Translations under genes and position numbers: made by a program
Shown here: piece by piece, positions 1 to 9,525 of the stretch
Layout of the letters: every line of letters begins with the position of its first letter
How positions within the stretch are numbered: the stretch's first letter is position 1
Notes under the pieces: model-generated
The model's input: only the letters and a program-made list of their open reading frames with translations
The model's database searches: none
Told to the model about the DNA's origin: nothing
Assembly: GCA_041497115.1 (NCBI GenBank)
Contig: JBGQFW010000010.1
Coordinates: 113 to 64,112, forward strand
Direction of reading: 5' to 3'
DNA from: Candidatus Methylomirabilia bacterium
GTDB lineage: Bacteria; Methylomirabilota; Methylomirabilia; Rokubacteriales; CSP1-6
DNA: 64,000 bases

Positions 1-1078
1 TCAGCATGTGGCGGATGATCGGGTGCTCGTCCACGATGCCGGCCGCGCCCAGGACGTCGCGGGCGAGCCGCGCGCCGTCGAGCGCCATCTGCACGTTGTT
101 CATCTTGGCCATCGAGACCTGCTGGGGTCGCAGCGTGCCGAGATCTTTCAACCGGCCGAGCTGCAGGACGAGCAGCTGGGCCTTGGTGATCTCGGTGAGC
201 ATCCACACGAGCTTCTGCTGCACGAGCTGGAACGAGGCGATCGGCTTGCCGAACTGGATCCGCTGCTGCGCGTACTGCAGCGTCCAGTCGTAGCAGGCCA
301 TCGCCGCGCCGACGGCGCCCCACGCAATGCCGTAGCGCGCCTGGTTGAGGCAGCCGAGCGGCCCCCGCAGCCCCTTCACGTTGGGCAGCTTGCCGGCGAG
401 CGGAATCTTGCAGTCCTGGAAGGCCAGCTCGGAGGTGATGGAGGCCCGCATCGAGAACTTGCCGTGGATGTCGAGCGTCGAGAAGCCCGGCGTCCCCTTC
501 TCGACGAGAAATCCATAGATCTCGCCGTCGTCCTCCTTGGCCCACACCACCGCGACGTCGGCGATGGAGCCGTTGGTGATCCACAGCTTGGTGCCGTTGA
601 GCACGTAGCCGTCGGCGACCCGCCGGGCGCGCGTCTTCATCGCGCCGGGATCGGAGCCGTGGTCGGGCTCGGTCAAGCCGAAGCAGCCGACCTTCTCGCC
701 GGTGGCGAGGGCGGGCAGCCACCGGTCCTTCTGCGCGTCGGAGCCGTACGCGTAGATCGGGTACATCACGAGACCGCTCTGCACCGAGGCGGCCGAGCGC
801 AGTCCGGAATCGCCGCGCTCCAGCTCCTGCATGATCAGCCCGTACGCCACGTTGTTCAGGCCGGCGCACCCGTACCCTTTCAGCGTGGCGCCGAAGACGC
901 CGAGCTCGCCGAGCTTCGGGATCAGGTGGACGGGAAACGTCCCCGCCCGGTGGTGCTCGGCGACGACGGGCAGGAACTCGGCCTCCACCCAGTCGCGGAC
1001 GGCGTCGCGGATCATCCGCTCGTCGTCGGAGAGGAGCGTCTCGATGCCGTAGTAGTCCACGCCGCGGAACTTCTCCAT
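1..1078 (-). CDS. gcdH: Glutaryl-CoA dehydrogenase-like acyl-CoA dehydrogenase. The C-terminus is cut by the window edge, and the gene is not in the ORF track because it has no stop codon.
   Basis: Manual reverse translation from the ATG at 1078-1076 gives MEKFRGVDYYGIETLLSDDERMIRDAVRDWVEAEF...GCFGLTEPDHGSDPGAMKT...YGIAWGAVGAAMACYDWTLQYAQQRIQFGKPIASFQLVQQKL...LGRLKD...DEHPIIRHML. This is a typical GCDH/ACAD pattern. The frame stays open to base 1. Confidence 0.85.
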   Translation of the reverse strand, partial: MEKFRGVDYYGIETLLSDDERMIRDAVRDWVEAEFLPVVAEHHRAGTFPVHLIPKLGELGVFGATLKGYGCAGLNNVAYGLIMQELERGDSGLRSAASVQSGLVMYPIYAYGSDAQKDRWLPALATGEKVGCFGLTEPDHGSDPGAMKTRARRVADGYVLNGTKLWITNGSIADVAVVWAKEDDGEIYGFLVEKGTPGFSTLDIHGKFSMRASITSELAFQDCKIPLAGKLPNVKGLRGPLGCLNQARYGIAWGAVGAAMACYDWTLQYAQQRIQFGKPIASFQLVQQKLVWMLTEITKAQLLVLQLGRLKDLGTLRPQQVSMAKMNNVQMALDGARLARDVLGAAGIVDEHPIIRHML

Positions 1079-1096
1079 GGCTGCCTCCGGGTGGAT

Positions 1097-1768
1097 TTAC
1101 AGGCGCAGCGGGTTGAAATCGGTCTCGAAGTCGAACGTGTCGATGTGCTCGCGGGCCTTCAGCCACCCCACCGCCGCGTAGGTCAGCGGCGTGGCGGCAC
1201 CCTCGTAGAGAACCTTGACCAGCCACTGGTTGGCGAAGATCGTGACGAGCCCGCCCGCCGATATCGTGCCGGCGAACGCGAGGCCGACGAAGACGAAGGA
1301 GTCCAGCCCCTCGCCCACGATGGTCGAGCCGATCGTGCGCACCCACAGCCAGCGCCCCGCCGTCGCGATCTTGAGCTTGGCCAGCACGTAGGCGTTGGCG
1401 AACTCGCCGACCAGGTAGGCGGCGAACGAGGCGGCCAGGATCCGCGGCGCCTGCCCGAGGATCTCGTCCCACGCGGCCTGGCCCTTCCAGAACGCCGCCG
1501 GCGGCAGCGCGCCGCCCGCCCAGACCGCCGCCACCATCACCGCGTTGCAGGCGAACCCCAGCCAGATCACCCGCCGGGCGGCGGCGTACCCCCACACCTC
1601 GGTCAGCACGTCGCCCAGGATGTAGGAGACCGGAAAGATGACGATGCCGGCGGTGAGCGTGAGATGGCCGACCGCGATCAGCTTGGCGGCGGTGATGTTC
1701 GCCGTCAGCAGGCAGGTGACGAACAGCGCGGTGCACGCGATGAAGCGCCAGGACATGACCGCGATCAT
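1097..1768 (-). CDS. yhhQ: Queuosine-precursor transporter, VUT/YhhQ (DUF165) family membrane protein
   Basis: 223 aa polytopic hydrophobic protein with ...[17 protein letters not shown]...[13 protein letters not shown]... motifs. It is divergent from queC. Confidence 0.8.
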   Translation of the reverse strand: MIAVMSWRFIACTALFVTCLLTANITAAKLIAVGHLTLTAGIVIFPVSYILGDVLTEVWGYAAARRVIWLGFACNAVMVAAVWAGGALPPAAFWKGQAAWDEILGQAPRILAASFAAYLVGEFANAYVLAKLKIATAGRWLWVRTIGSTIVGEGLDSFVFVGLAFAGTISAGGLVTIFANQWLVKVLYEGAATPLTYAAVGWLKAREHIDTFDFETDFNPLRL

Positions 1769-1779
1769 ACTATGAGGCG

Positions 1780-2472
1780 ATGGAGGCCCGGCCTCGCGCG
1801 GTGGTGCTGCTGAGCGGCGGCGTGGACTCGGCGACGGCGGCGGCGCTGACCGCGCGAGAGGGGTTCGCGCTGCACGCGCTCAGCTTCGCCTACGGCCAGC
1901 GCCACGCCGCCGAGCTCGACGCCGCCCGCCGCGTCGCGCGGGCGCTCGGCGTCGCGCGCCACGAGGTGCTGACGATCGACCTGCGCGCGTTCGGCGGCTC
2001 GGCGCTGACCGCCGACATCCCGGTGCCGAAGGACCGGACGCCCGCCGAGATGGGCGCGGACATTCCGGTGACCTACGTTCCCGCGCGCAACACGATCTTC
2101 CTCGCGTTCGCGCTGGCGTGGGCCGAGGTGCTGGGGGCCGCCGACATCGTGCTCGGCGTCAACGTGTACGACTATTCCGGGTATCCCGACTGCCGCCCGG
2201 AGTACATCGAGGCGTTCGAGCGGATGGCCGCCCTCGCCACGCGAGCGGGCGTCGAGGGACGGCCGCGGACCCGCATCCGCACGCCGCTGATCCGGATGAC
2301 CAAGGCCGAGATCATCCGCGCGGGGCTGGCCGCCGGCGTGGACTACGCGCTGACGCTGTCCTGCTACGACCCCTCACCGGACGGCGCCGCGTGCGGCCGC
2401 TGCGACGCGTGCGCGCTGCGCCGCAAGGGGTTCGCCGAGGCGGGCGCCGCCGACCCCACGCGCTACCGCTGA
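1780..2472 (+). CDS. queC: 7-cyano-7-deazaguanine synthase
   Basis: [16 protein letters not shown]-loop motif, [14 protein letters not shown], and the C-terminal Cys cluster [17 protein letters not shown]. Confidence 0.9.
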   Translation: MEARPRAVVLLSGGVDSATAAALTAREGFALHALSFAYGQRHAAELDAARRVARALGVARHEVLTIDLRAFGGSALTADIPVPKDRTPAEMGADIPVTYVPARNTIFLAFALAWAEVLGAADIVLGVNVYDYSGYPDCRPEYIEAFERMAALATRAGVEGRPRTRIRTPLIRMTKAEIIRAGLAAGVDYALTLSCYDPSPDGAACGRCDACALRRKGFAEAGAADPTRYR

Positions 2473-2479
2473 GGCGGGG

Positions 2480-3007
2480 TCACTCGCCGGAGAACTTCTG
2501 CGCGTTGCCCATCGCCGGCCACACGTAGGCCTGCACGTTGGCCATCGCCTGCTTGATGTGGTTGCGGTCGTGATGGACCCACTCCTGGAGCAGGTCACGC
2601 ACGCGCAGCAGCCCGACCGTGGGATGGCGCCCGGCGCGGTCGAGCTCGGCCGCCAGCAGCCGGCCCACCAGGGACGCGCTCTCCTCGCGCAGCGCGGCCA
2701 GCTCGTCGAGCAGGCCCGGCATCGGCCGCGCGCAGTCGCGCCGGGCGCGGGCGACCTCGGCAGGGTCCCAGCTCTCCAGCGCCGGCGTGTCGGCGCCGAG
2801 GATGATGCGGATGCGGCCGGCGAACCCGCGCCGCTCGGCCTCGATGAGGTGGCCGACGACCTCCTTGGCGCACCACTCGCCCGGCGCGGGATGCCAGACC
2901 GCGACGGGCTCGGGCAGGGCGCCGAGCTCGGCGGACAGCGTGCGCATCGCGGCGCGGAGCAGGGCGGCGACGGCGGTGGGCGTCAGCGGCGACGGGGGGT
3001 CGGTCAT
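2480..3007 (-). CDS. DinB-family (DinB_2-like) metal-dependent protein
   Basis: This is the C-terminal 175 codons of track ORF 2480..4294, starting at the in-frame ATG at 3007 (MTDPPSPL...). It contains WCAKEVVGHLIEAE and HHDRNHIKQ His motifs. The upstream part of the track ORF is a shadow of the HD-domain gene. Confidence 0.7.
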   Translation of the reverse strand: MTDPPSPLTPTAVAALLRAAMRTLSAELGALPEPVAVWHPAPGEWCAKEVVGHLIEAERRGFAGRIRIILGADTPALESWDPAEVARARRDCARPMPGLLDELAALREESASLVGRLLAAELDRAGRHPTVGLLRVRDLLQEWVHHDRNHIKQAMANVQAYVWPAMGNAQKFSGE

Positions 3008-3015
3008 GGCCGCCT

Positions 3016-4422
3016 CTACACGTTCGTCACGATCGCGGGCGGCTCCTCGCCCAGCGCGCGCTCGAGCGCGACGGCCAGCGCGGCGTCGTGCTCGTGGCTG
3101 GTGGCGAAGATCCGGCACTGGGCGACCTTGCCCGGCAGGTACTTGAGGATCTCGGTGAGCGGCTCCTCCGACACCTTCTGGCTGGCGGCGTCGTAGACGT
3201 AGATCTGGCGGTCGCCCATCTTGAGCGGGTTGAGCGGGCGCGGGTCCTGCAGCGCCATGTCGATCTTGAAGGGGAACGTGCGCAGCGCGGCCGGCAGGTA
3301 CGCGCGGACGCGCTTCTCGACCTCTTCCGCGAGCAGGAACGCGTGGCCGCGGCGCGGCTCGAAGAGGTCCAGCACCACCTCGTGCGACATCCGCCACTTG
3401 AGGCGCCGGTCGAGCACGTGGCGCCACTCGGCGCCGAGCGCGCGCCGCTCGGCGTCGTCGGCGTCGTGCCAGCGCCCGACCTCCTCGAGCAGCGTCCACT
3501 CGGTCAGGTGCAGGTAGGGGTGGAGCTCCTTGCGCAGGTCGTAGGGAAACGCGATCCGCATCGTGTCGCGGAAGATCTCCTTGAGGTGCAGGTCGATGCC
3601 GCGCGTGGTGCGGTGGTAGTAGACGTTGGTGTACATGTAGAAGCGGGCGTTGAGGAACATCGTGAACGCCTGCAATCCGCCGCGGTCGAGCGTCAGCCCC
3701 CGCTCGGAGAAGAACGAATAGTAGATGATCCGCTCGATGTCGATGGGGCCGACCGCGACCCCGCACATGTAGGAGTCGCGCAATACGTAATCCATGTTGT
3801 CGGCGGTGAACACGCCCGACAGCAGGGGCTTCAGGAACGGCAGCCACTTCGGATGCGACTCCAGCGGGTGCGTGTACGACTTCCCCATCATGTAGCAGAT
3901 CCACTCCGGATCGATCCGCTCGTCCGCGTTGAAGGGGCCGCTGGGGCTGCGGCGCAGGCCGCGCAGGACGTCGGCCAGCTCCTCGCGGATGATCCGCTGG
4001 CCCAGGAGCTCGTGGGTCAGGTCGTAGTCCACCAGGAAGTTGTCGTCGAAGAAGTGGCCGAACGGCCCGTGCCCGACGTCGTGCAGCAGGCCGGCCATGC
4101 GCAGCAGCTCCTCGATCAGCGGCGCCGACGGCGCGTCGGGGAAGATCGCGCGCAGCGACGGGTAGAGCTGCTGGGCGAAGCGGCCGGCCAGGTGCATGGC
4201 GCCGAGCGAGTGCTGGAAGCGGCTGTGCTCGGCCGCCGGGAACACCCAGCGGGCGGACTGCAGCTGCGGCACCCGGCGGAGCCGCTGGACCCACGGGGTG
4301 TCGATCAGGTCCTGCTCGGTGGCCTCGCCGGGAATGTCGCCGGGGCGCGTGTAGAGGATGTACTGGTGGATCGGATCGGCGATGAGACCGCGCCCCTGGT
4401 AGGTGTCGGCGGCACCCTTCAT
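3016..4422 (-). CDS. HD-domain phosphohydrolase, dNTP triphosphohydrolase-like (SAMHD1/Dgt family)
   Basis: 468 aa with RFQHSLGAMHLA...LLHDVGHGPFGHFFD...DNMDYVLRDSYMCG motifs. Confidence 0.75.
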   Translation of the reverse strand: MKGAADTYQGRGLIADPIHQYILYTRPGDIPGEATEQDLIDTPWVQRLRRVPQLQSARWVFPAAEHSRFQHSLGAMHLAGRFAQQLYPSLRAIFPDAPSAPLIEELLRMAGLLHDVGHGPFGHFFDDNFLVDYDLTHELLGQRIIREELADVLRGLRRSPSGPFNADERIDPEWICYMMGKSYTHPLESHPKWLPFLKPLLSGVFTADNMDYVLRDSYMCGVAVGPIDIERIIYYSFFSERGLTLDRGGLQAFTMFLNARFYMYTNVYYHRTTRGIDLHLKEIFRDTMRIAFPYDLRKELHPYLHLTEWTLLEEVGRWHDADDAERRALGAEWRHVLDRRLKWRMSHEVVLDLFEPRRGHAFLLAEEVEKRVRAYLPAALRTFPFKIDMALQDPRPLNPLKMGDRQIYVYDAASQKVSEEPLTEILKYLPGKVAQCRIFATSHEHDAALAVALERALGEEPPAIVTNV

Positions 4423-4459
4423 GAGGCCGAGTGTACCGTCTGCCGCGTCGCGGGGCGGC

Positions 4460-5458
4460 TCACCGCCGGCCGTACTGGCGCTGGTAGTACGCGCGGAACT
4501 CGCCGCTCTTGAGCGGCCGCCACCACGCCTCGTGCTCGCGGTACCAGCGCACCGTCGCCTCCAGCGCCGAGGCGAACGGATAGCGCGGGGCCCAGCCGAG
4601 CTGCCACGTCTTGGCCGAATCGAGGGCGTAGCGCCGGTCGTGACCGGGCCGGTCGTCCACCAGCTCGATGAGGCTCTCGGGCTTGCCGAGCAGGCGCAGG
4701 ATCTCGCGGGTCAGGTCGATGTTGGCGACCTCCTGGCCCCCGCCGATGTTGTAGATCTCGCCGTCGCGTCCCTGCCGCAGCACGAGGTCGAGCGCCGCGC
4801 AGTTGTCGAGGACGTAGATCCAGTCGCGGATCTGGCGGCCGTCGCCGTAGAGCGGCACCCGCTGGTCGTCGAGCGCGTTGGTGACGAACAGCGGGACGAT
4901 CTTCTCCGGGTACTGGTAGGGGCCGAAGTTGTTCGACGAGCGCGTGATCACCACCGGGATGTGATGCGTGTTCCAGTAGGCGAGCGCCAGCAGGTCGCCG
5001 CCCGCCTTGGCCGCCGCGTACGGGTTGGACGGCCGCAGCGGCGAGTCCTCGCGGGCCACGCCGCGCACGAGCGAGCCGTACACCTCGTCGGTGGAGACGT
5101 GCAGCAGCCGGGGGACGCGCAGCTCGCGCACCGCCTCCAGCAGCACGCGCACGCCGAGGACGCTCGTCTTGAGGAACTCGTCGGGGTCGAGGATCGAGCG
5201 GTCGACGTGGCTGGGCGCGGCGAAGTTCACGAGCGCGTCGACGCCGCGGGCGGTGTCGCGCACACAGTCGGGATCGCAGATGTCGCCGTGGACGAAGCTG
5301 TAGCGGGGATCCTGGTCGAGATCGGCCAGGTTGGCGGGGTTGCCCGCGTAGGTGAGCTTGTCGAGGTTGACCACCTCGTCCTCGGCGTGCTCGGTGAGCA
5401 CCCAGCGGATGAAGTTGGAGCCGATGAAGCCGGCGCCGCCGGTCACGAGCAGGCGCAT
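4460..5458 (-). CDS. rfbB: dTDP-glucose 4,6-dehydratase
   Basis: [30 protein letters not shown], and the PGHDRRYALD tail. The in-frame ATG at 5458 overlaps the rfbA stop by 1 nt (TGATG). Confidence 0.9.
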   Translation of the reverse strand: MRLLVTGGAGFIGSNFIRWVLTEHAEDEVVNLDKLTYAGNPANLADLDQDPRYSFVHGDICDPDCVRDTARGVDALVNFAAPSHVDRSILDPDEFLKTSVLGVRVLLEAVRELRVPRLLHVSTDEVYGSLVRGVAREDSPLRPSNPYAAAKAGGDLLALAYWNTHHIPVVITRSSNNFGPYQYPEKIVPLFVTNALDDQRVPLYGDGRQIRDWIYVLDNCAALDLVLRQGRDGEIYNIGGGQEVANIDLTREILRLLGKPESLIELVDDRPGHDRRYALDSAKTWQLGWAPRYPFASALEATVRWYREHEAWWRPLKSGEFRAYYQRQYGRR

Positions 5459-6345
5459 CAGCGCTCCTCGGCGAGCAGGCGCAGCAGGTACTGGCCGTAG
5501 GCGTTGTCGCGCATCGGCTTGGCGATGCGCTCGACGTCGGCGGCGCCGATCCACCCCATCCGGTACGCGATCTCCTCGAGGCAGGCCACCATCAGCCCCT
5601 GCCGCGTCTCGATCGTCTGGATGAAGGTGGACGCCTGCAGCAGCGCCTCGTGGGTGCCGGTGTCGAGCCACGCCACGCCGCGGCCGAGCCGCTCGACGGC
5701 GAGCCGGCCCTCGCGCAGATAGGCGGCGTTCACGTCGGTGATCTCGAGCTCGCCCCGGGCGGAGGGCGTCAGGCCGGCGGCGATCTCCACCACGCCGGCG
5801 TCGTAGAAGTAGAGTCCCGTCACCGCCCACGGCGAGCGGGGGCGCGCCGGCTTCTCCTCGATGGCGACGGCGCGCCCGGCCGCGTCGAACTCGACCACGC
5901 CGTAGCGCTCGGGATCACGCACCCAGTAGGCGAAGATCGTGCCCCCCTCGCGCCGCTCGGCCGCGCGGCGCAGCGACTCGGGCAGGCCGTGGCCGTAGAA
6001 GACATTGTCGCCGAGCGCCAGCGCGACGGGCGCCGACCCGATGAACGCGCGGCCGATGACGAACGCCTCCGCGATGCCCCGCGGCTCGGCCTGTACTGCG
6101 TAGTGGATCGCGAGGCCGAGCTGGCCGCCGTCGCCGAGCAGCCGCTGGAACGCCACCTGGTCGCGCGCCGTCGTGATCACGAGAATCTCGCGGATCCCCG
6201 CCAGCATCAGCGTGGACAGCGGATAGTAGACCATCGGCTTGTTGTAGATCGGCACGAGCTGCTTGGAGACCGCGAGCGTCAACGGATAGAGGCGCGTGCC
6301 GGAGCCCCCGGCGAGAACGATGCCCTTGCGCGCGAGGCTGCTCAT
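5458..6345 (-). CDS. rfbA: Glucose-1-phosphate thymidylyltransferase
   Basis: [17 protein letters not shown]...[31 protein letters not shown]...LGDN. The in-frame ATG is at 6345. Confidence 0.9.
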   Translation of the reverse strand: MSSLARKGIVLAGGSGTRLYPLTLAVSKQLVPIYNKPMVYYPLSTLMLAGIREILVITTARDQVAFQRLLGDGGQLGLAIHYAVQAEPRGIAEAFVIGRAFIGSAPVALALGDNVFYGHGLPESLRRAAERREGGTIFAYWVRDPERYGVVEFDAAGRAVAIEEKPARPRSPWAVTGLYFYDAGVVEIAAGLTPSARGELEITDVNAAYLREGRLAVERLGRGVAWLDTGTHEALLQASTFIQTIETRQGLMVACLEEIAYRMGWIGAADVERIAKPMRDNAYGQYLLRLLAEER

Positions 6346-6391
6346 CGCGTTTCGGGAGTATAACATCGGGAATGGGGGTAAACTCAGCGCC

Positions 6392-7609
6392 ATGAAAACG
6401 CTGAAGGAAATGCTGGCAGAGGCCCGCCAGATCGTCCCCGAGGAGGGACCGGCGGAGCTGCAGCGCCGCCTGGCGTCGGGCGAGCCCCTTGCCGTCATCG
6501 ACGTGCGCGATCCCGACGAGTTCCGCGACGGCCACCTCGAGGCGGCCGCGAACATCAGCCGCGGGTTCCTCGAGTTCCGCATCGCCTCGGCGGTCGCCGA
6601 CCAGACGACGCCGGTCGTCCTCTACTGCCAGACCGGGCTGCGCTCGATGCTGGCCGCCCGGGCGCTCAAAGAGCTCGGCTACCAGCACGTCATCAACCTG
6701 CAGGGCGGCTACCAGAAGTGGGTGCAGTCGGGGCTGCCCACCGTGCGCGACCAGGCCATGACCCCCGACCAGATCCAGCGCTACAGCCGCCACTTCCTGC
6801 TCGCCCCGGTGGGCGACAAGGGCCAGCGCCGGCTCCTTCGCAGTCGGGTGCTCCTGATCGGGGCCGGCGGCCTCGGCTCGCCGACCGCGCTCTATCTCGC
6901 GGCGGCCGGCGTGGGCACGATCGGGCTGATGGACGGTGATGTGGTCGACATCACGAATCTGCAGCGGCAGATCCTCCACACCACCGCGGACATCGGCAAG
7001 CCCAAGGTCGAGTCGGGGACGCGGGCGCTCAAGGCGCTGAACCCCGACGTCAACGTGATCCCGCTGCCCATGCGCATCACGGTGGACAACGTGATGGACG
7101 TCATCAAGGACTACGATCTCGTCGTCGACGGCTCCGACAACTTCGAGACGCGCTACCTGATGAACGACGCCTGCTACCTCGCGGGCAAGACGAACATCCA
7201 CGGCTCGATCTTCCAGTTCGAGGGGATGGCGACGGTGTTCGCGCCCAACGAGGGGCCGTGCTATCGGTGTCTGTATCCGACGCCGCCGCCGCCGGGGCTG
7301 GTGCCCTCCTGAAGCGAGGCCGGCGTCCTGGGCGTGCTCCCAGGAGTGATCGGGCTGGTGCAGGCGACCGAGGCGGTCAAGCTCATGCTCGGCATCGGCG
7401 AGCCGCTGATCGGCCGGCTGCTGACCTACGACGCGCTCGGCATGCGCTTCCGCGAGGTCCGGCTGCGGCGCGATCCCAACTGTCCGCTGTGCGGCGGCGC
7501 CCCAACGATCAGGGACCTGTCGATCCATCGCGAGGGGTCGGCCGCGTGCGCGATCGCGCCGGGCGGCCAGGGCGAGGCGGTCGGCGCCCCGGCGCGGGCC
7601 GGAGGCTAG
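6392..7609 (+). CDS. Rhodanese-MoeB/ThiF (E1-like adenylyltransferase) fusion with an in-frame TGA at 7310-7312. It is either a candidate selenocysteine codon or a disrupted gene.
   Basis: Track ORFs 6296..7312 and 7334..7609 are in the same frame. The N-terminus has a rhodanese loop ([11 protein letters not shown]). It is followed by YSRHFLL...[12 protein letters not shown] (nucleotide binding), [39 protein letters not shown], and NCPLCGG. Confidence 0.8.
7326..7345 (+). other. Candidate bacterial SECIS-like hairpin downstream of the in-frame TGA
   Basis: A 7-bp stem, TCCTGGG (7326-7332) pairing with CCCAGGA (7339-7345), carries a 6-nt loop CGTGCT. The stem starts 13 nt after the TGA, and the apical loop starts 20 nt after it. 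Confidence 0.4.
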
Positions 7610-7629
7610 TCGCCACGCCCTCCGTCCTG

Positions 7630-8562
7630 ATGTGGCTCGACGAGCCCGGCGACTACCTGCGCGCCGCCCAGGCGGCCGGGCTCGCGTCGTCCGTCGAGCT
7701 CGTCACCACGCCGCTGAAGGCGGACCCGCCCGACGACCTGCTCGCGCGCGCCGACGCGCTGCTGGCGTGGCGGCCGCCCGCGCGGCTGGCCGCCCGCGCA
7801 CCGCGCCTGGCCTGGATCCAGTCGCTCACCGGCGGCTGCGAGCAATGGCTCACCGCCGACCTGCCGGCGCGCGCCGTGCTCACCTGCGCGCGGGGCACCC
7901 ATCGCGTGCAGATGTCCGAGCACATCCTGGCCGCGCTGTTCCTGTGCGCGAAGGATCTCCCCGCCATCGTGCTGGACCAGGCGGAGCGCCGCTGGCGCCG
8001 TCGCGTCAATCCCACGCTGGCCGGCGCCACGCTGGGCATCCTCGGGCTGGGCGCCATCGGCGCCGAGGTCGCGCGGCTGGCCGCGCTGCTCGGCATGCGC
8101 GTGACCGGCACCAAGCGCGACGTCACGCCGGTCGCCGGCGTCGAGCGCGTGTATCCGCCCGCCGAGACCGGCCGCGTGCTGGCCGAGGCCGACTACCTGC
8201 TGCTGCTCCTGCCCTCGACGGACGACACGCGCGGGATCCTCGGCAAGGCCGCGCTCGGCCGCATGAAGCCCGGCGCGTTCGTGCTCAACTTCGGCCGCGG
8301 CGACCTGGTCGTGGACGACGATCTCGTGACGGCGGTGCGCGAGCGCCGCATCGCCGGCGCGGTGCTCGACGTGTTCACCGCCGAGCCGCTGCCCGGCGAG
8401 CACCCGTTCTGGACGACGCCGGGCATCGTCGTGCTGCCGCACGTCGGCGGCCTGCACCCCCGCCGCGACATGCTGGTGGCCGAGCTCTGGCAGGACAACC
8501 TCGCCCGCTTCCTCGCCGGCCGCCCGCTGCTGCAGGTCGTGGACCGCGCCCGCGGCTACTAG
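7630..8562 (+). CDS. D-isomer-specific 2-hydroxyacid dehydrogenase family, NAD-binding
   Basis: LGILGLGAIGAEVARLA Rossmann motif, LLLLLPSTDDTRGIL, NFGRGDLVVDDDL, and VLDVFTAEPLP...HVGG. The in-frame ATG is at 7630. Confidence 0.8.
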   Translation: MWLDEPGDYLRAAQAAGLASSVELVTTPLKADPPDDLLARADALLAWRPPARLAARAPRLAWIQSLTGGCEQWLTADLPARAVLTCARGTHRVQMSEHILAALFLCAKDLPAIVLDQAERRWRRRVNPTLAGATLGILGLGAIGAEVARLAALLGMRVTGTKRDVTPVAGVERVYPPAETGRVLAEADYLLLLLPSTDDTRGILGKAALGRMKPGAFVLNFGRGDLVVDDDLVTAVRERRIAGAVLDVFTAEPLPGEHPFWTTPGIVVLPHVGGLHPRRDMLVAELWQDNLARFLAGRPLLQVVDRARGY

Positions 8563-8563
8563 C

Positions 8564-9328
8564 GTGGCCCGCGCCGTCGCCGCCGCCGCGCTGGCGTGGA
8601 CGCTGGCGGTCGCGCTGCCGGCCGCGGCCGACGAGCTCATCGTGCTCTGCCCCCGCGGCGTGCAGACGCCGCTGGCCGCCGTCGCCGAGCGCTTCCGGAC
8701 GGAGACCGGTCATCGCGTGCGCTTCGTGTACGGCACCGCCGGCGGCCTCGCCCGGCGCGCGGCGGCGCTGGAGCCGGCCGACGTGATCGTGACCGGCGCG
8801 CGGAGTCTCGACGACCTGATCGCGCGCGGCGTCGCCGCCGGCGACACGCGCGTGGCGGTCGGCACGGTCGGCGTCGGGATCGCGGTGCGGGCGGGCACGC
8901 CGCTGCCCGACGTCTCCACGCCCGAGGCGCTGCGGCGGACGCTGCTGGCGGCGGCATCCATCGGCTATGCGGACCCGGCGCGCGGCGGCCAGGGCGGCAT
9001 CCACTTCGCGGCTGTCGTGGAGCGGCTCGACCTCACCGAGACGCTGGGCCCACGCACCCGGCTGTTCGCCGAGGGGTTGCAGGGGCTCGAGCGGGCGGCG
9101 GCCGGTGAGGTGGCGCTGGCGGTCGCGCCGATCAGCGAGATCCTGCCGGTGCCGGGGCTGGCGCTGGCCGGCCCGCTGCCGCCGCCGCTGCAGGCGCGGC
9201 TGGCTTACGCCGCCGCGCTGCTGGCGCGGTCGGGCGCGCCCGACGCCGGCCGGGCGCTGCTGGCCTTCCTGGCCGGGCCGGCCACGCGGGACATTCTCGC
9301 GCGCGGCGGGTTGGAGCCGGGCGGCTGA
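8564..9328 (+). CDS. Periplasmic substrate-binding protein, ModA-like (PBP2 fold)
   Basis: GTG start 1 nt after the previous stop. Signal peptide AAALAWTLAVALPAAA. The overall pattern (L.V....G...P....A..F....G..V.F.YG..G.L......E.ADV) resembles molybdate/tungstate-type binding proteins. Confidence 0.55.
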   Translation: MARAVAAAALAWTLAVALPAAADELIVLCPRGVQTPLAAVAERFRTETGHRVRFVYGTAGGLARRAAALEPADVIVTGARSLDDLIARGVAAGDTRVAVGTVGVGIAVRAGTPLPDVSTPEALRRTLLAAASIGYADPARGGQGGIHFAAVVERLDLTETLGPRTRLFAEGLQGLERAAAGEVALAVAPISEILPVPGLALAGPLPPPLQARLAYAAALLARSGAPDAGRALLAFLAGPATRDILARGGLEPGG

Positions 9329-9525
9329 GCCCGATCACCCCGACATCGAGAACAGCACGGCCGCGACCAGCAGGAGCCACCAGCGAAGGTTGGCCATGAC
9401 GACGTGGGATTTGCAAGCCGAGGACCAGCCGGCGGCGCGTCGCAACCCGTTGCGATGATGGACCCCTCGCAGCCTCGGCCGGGGCCCGGACTGTCGGCGG
9501 CCCGACGGTGCGGTACAGTCCAGCC

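Noticed and set aside
1769-1779. preQ1 riboswitch near queC/yhhQ, and a Moco riboswitch near the ModA-like and moaB genes
   Set aside because: The intergenic spaces are 11 nt, 1 nt and overlapping respectively, which is too short for these RNAs. I saw no matching structure.
8-1813. 601-aa plus-strand ORF spanning the first 1.8 kb
   Set aside because: It is Arg/Gly/Ala/Pro-rich with no recognisable family. It is the antisense shadow of the clearly homologous gcdH (manual translation) and yhhQ genes. Long stop-free antisense frames are expected at this GC content.
7334-7609. Treating 7334..7609 as an independent 91-aa gene
   Set aside because: It is in frame with 6392..7312 and has no SD. Its sequence is the C-terminal half of the MoeB/ThiF fold, continuing directly from the upstream ORF. 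I interpret it as one gene with an internal TGA (see the finding).
5915-8786. Long ORFs 5915..7528(-), 7606..8640(-), 7632..8786(+) and 7258..8562(+, N-terminal part)
   Set aside because: They have low-complexity Arg/Ala/Gly/Pro composition. They overlap rfbA, the MoeB-like gene and the 2-hydroxyacid dehydrogenase, all of which have strong family signatures in other frames. Only the C-terminal 310 codons of 7258..8562 are accepted.
9335-9397. 20-aa hydrophobic mini-ORF MANLRWWLLLVAAVLFSMSG on the minus strand after the ModA-like gene
   Set aside because: It is attractive as a small membrane peptide, but it has no Shine-Dalgarno sequence and no detectable family, and such short hydrophobic ORFs arise by chance. 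There is not enough evidence to call it.
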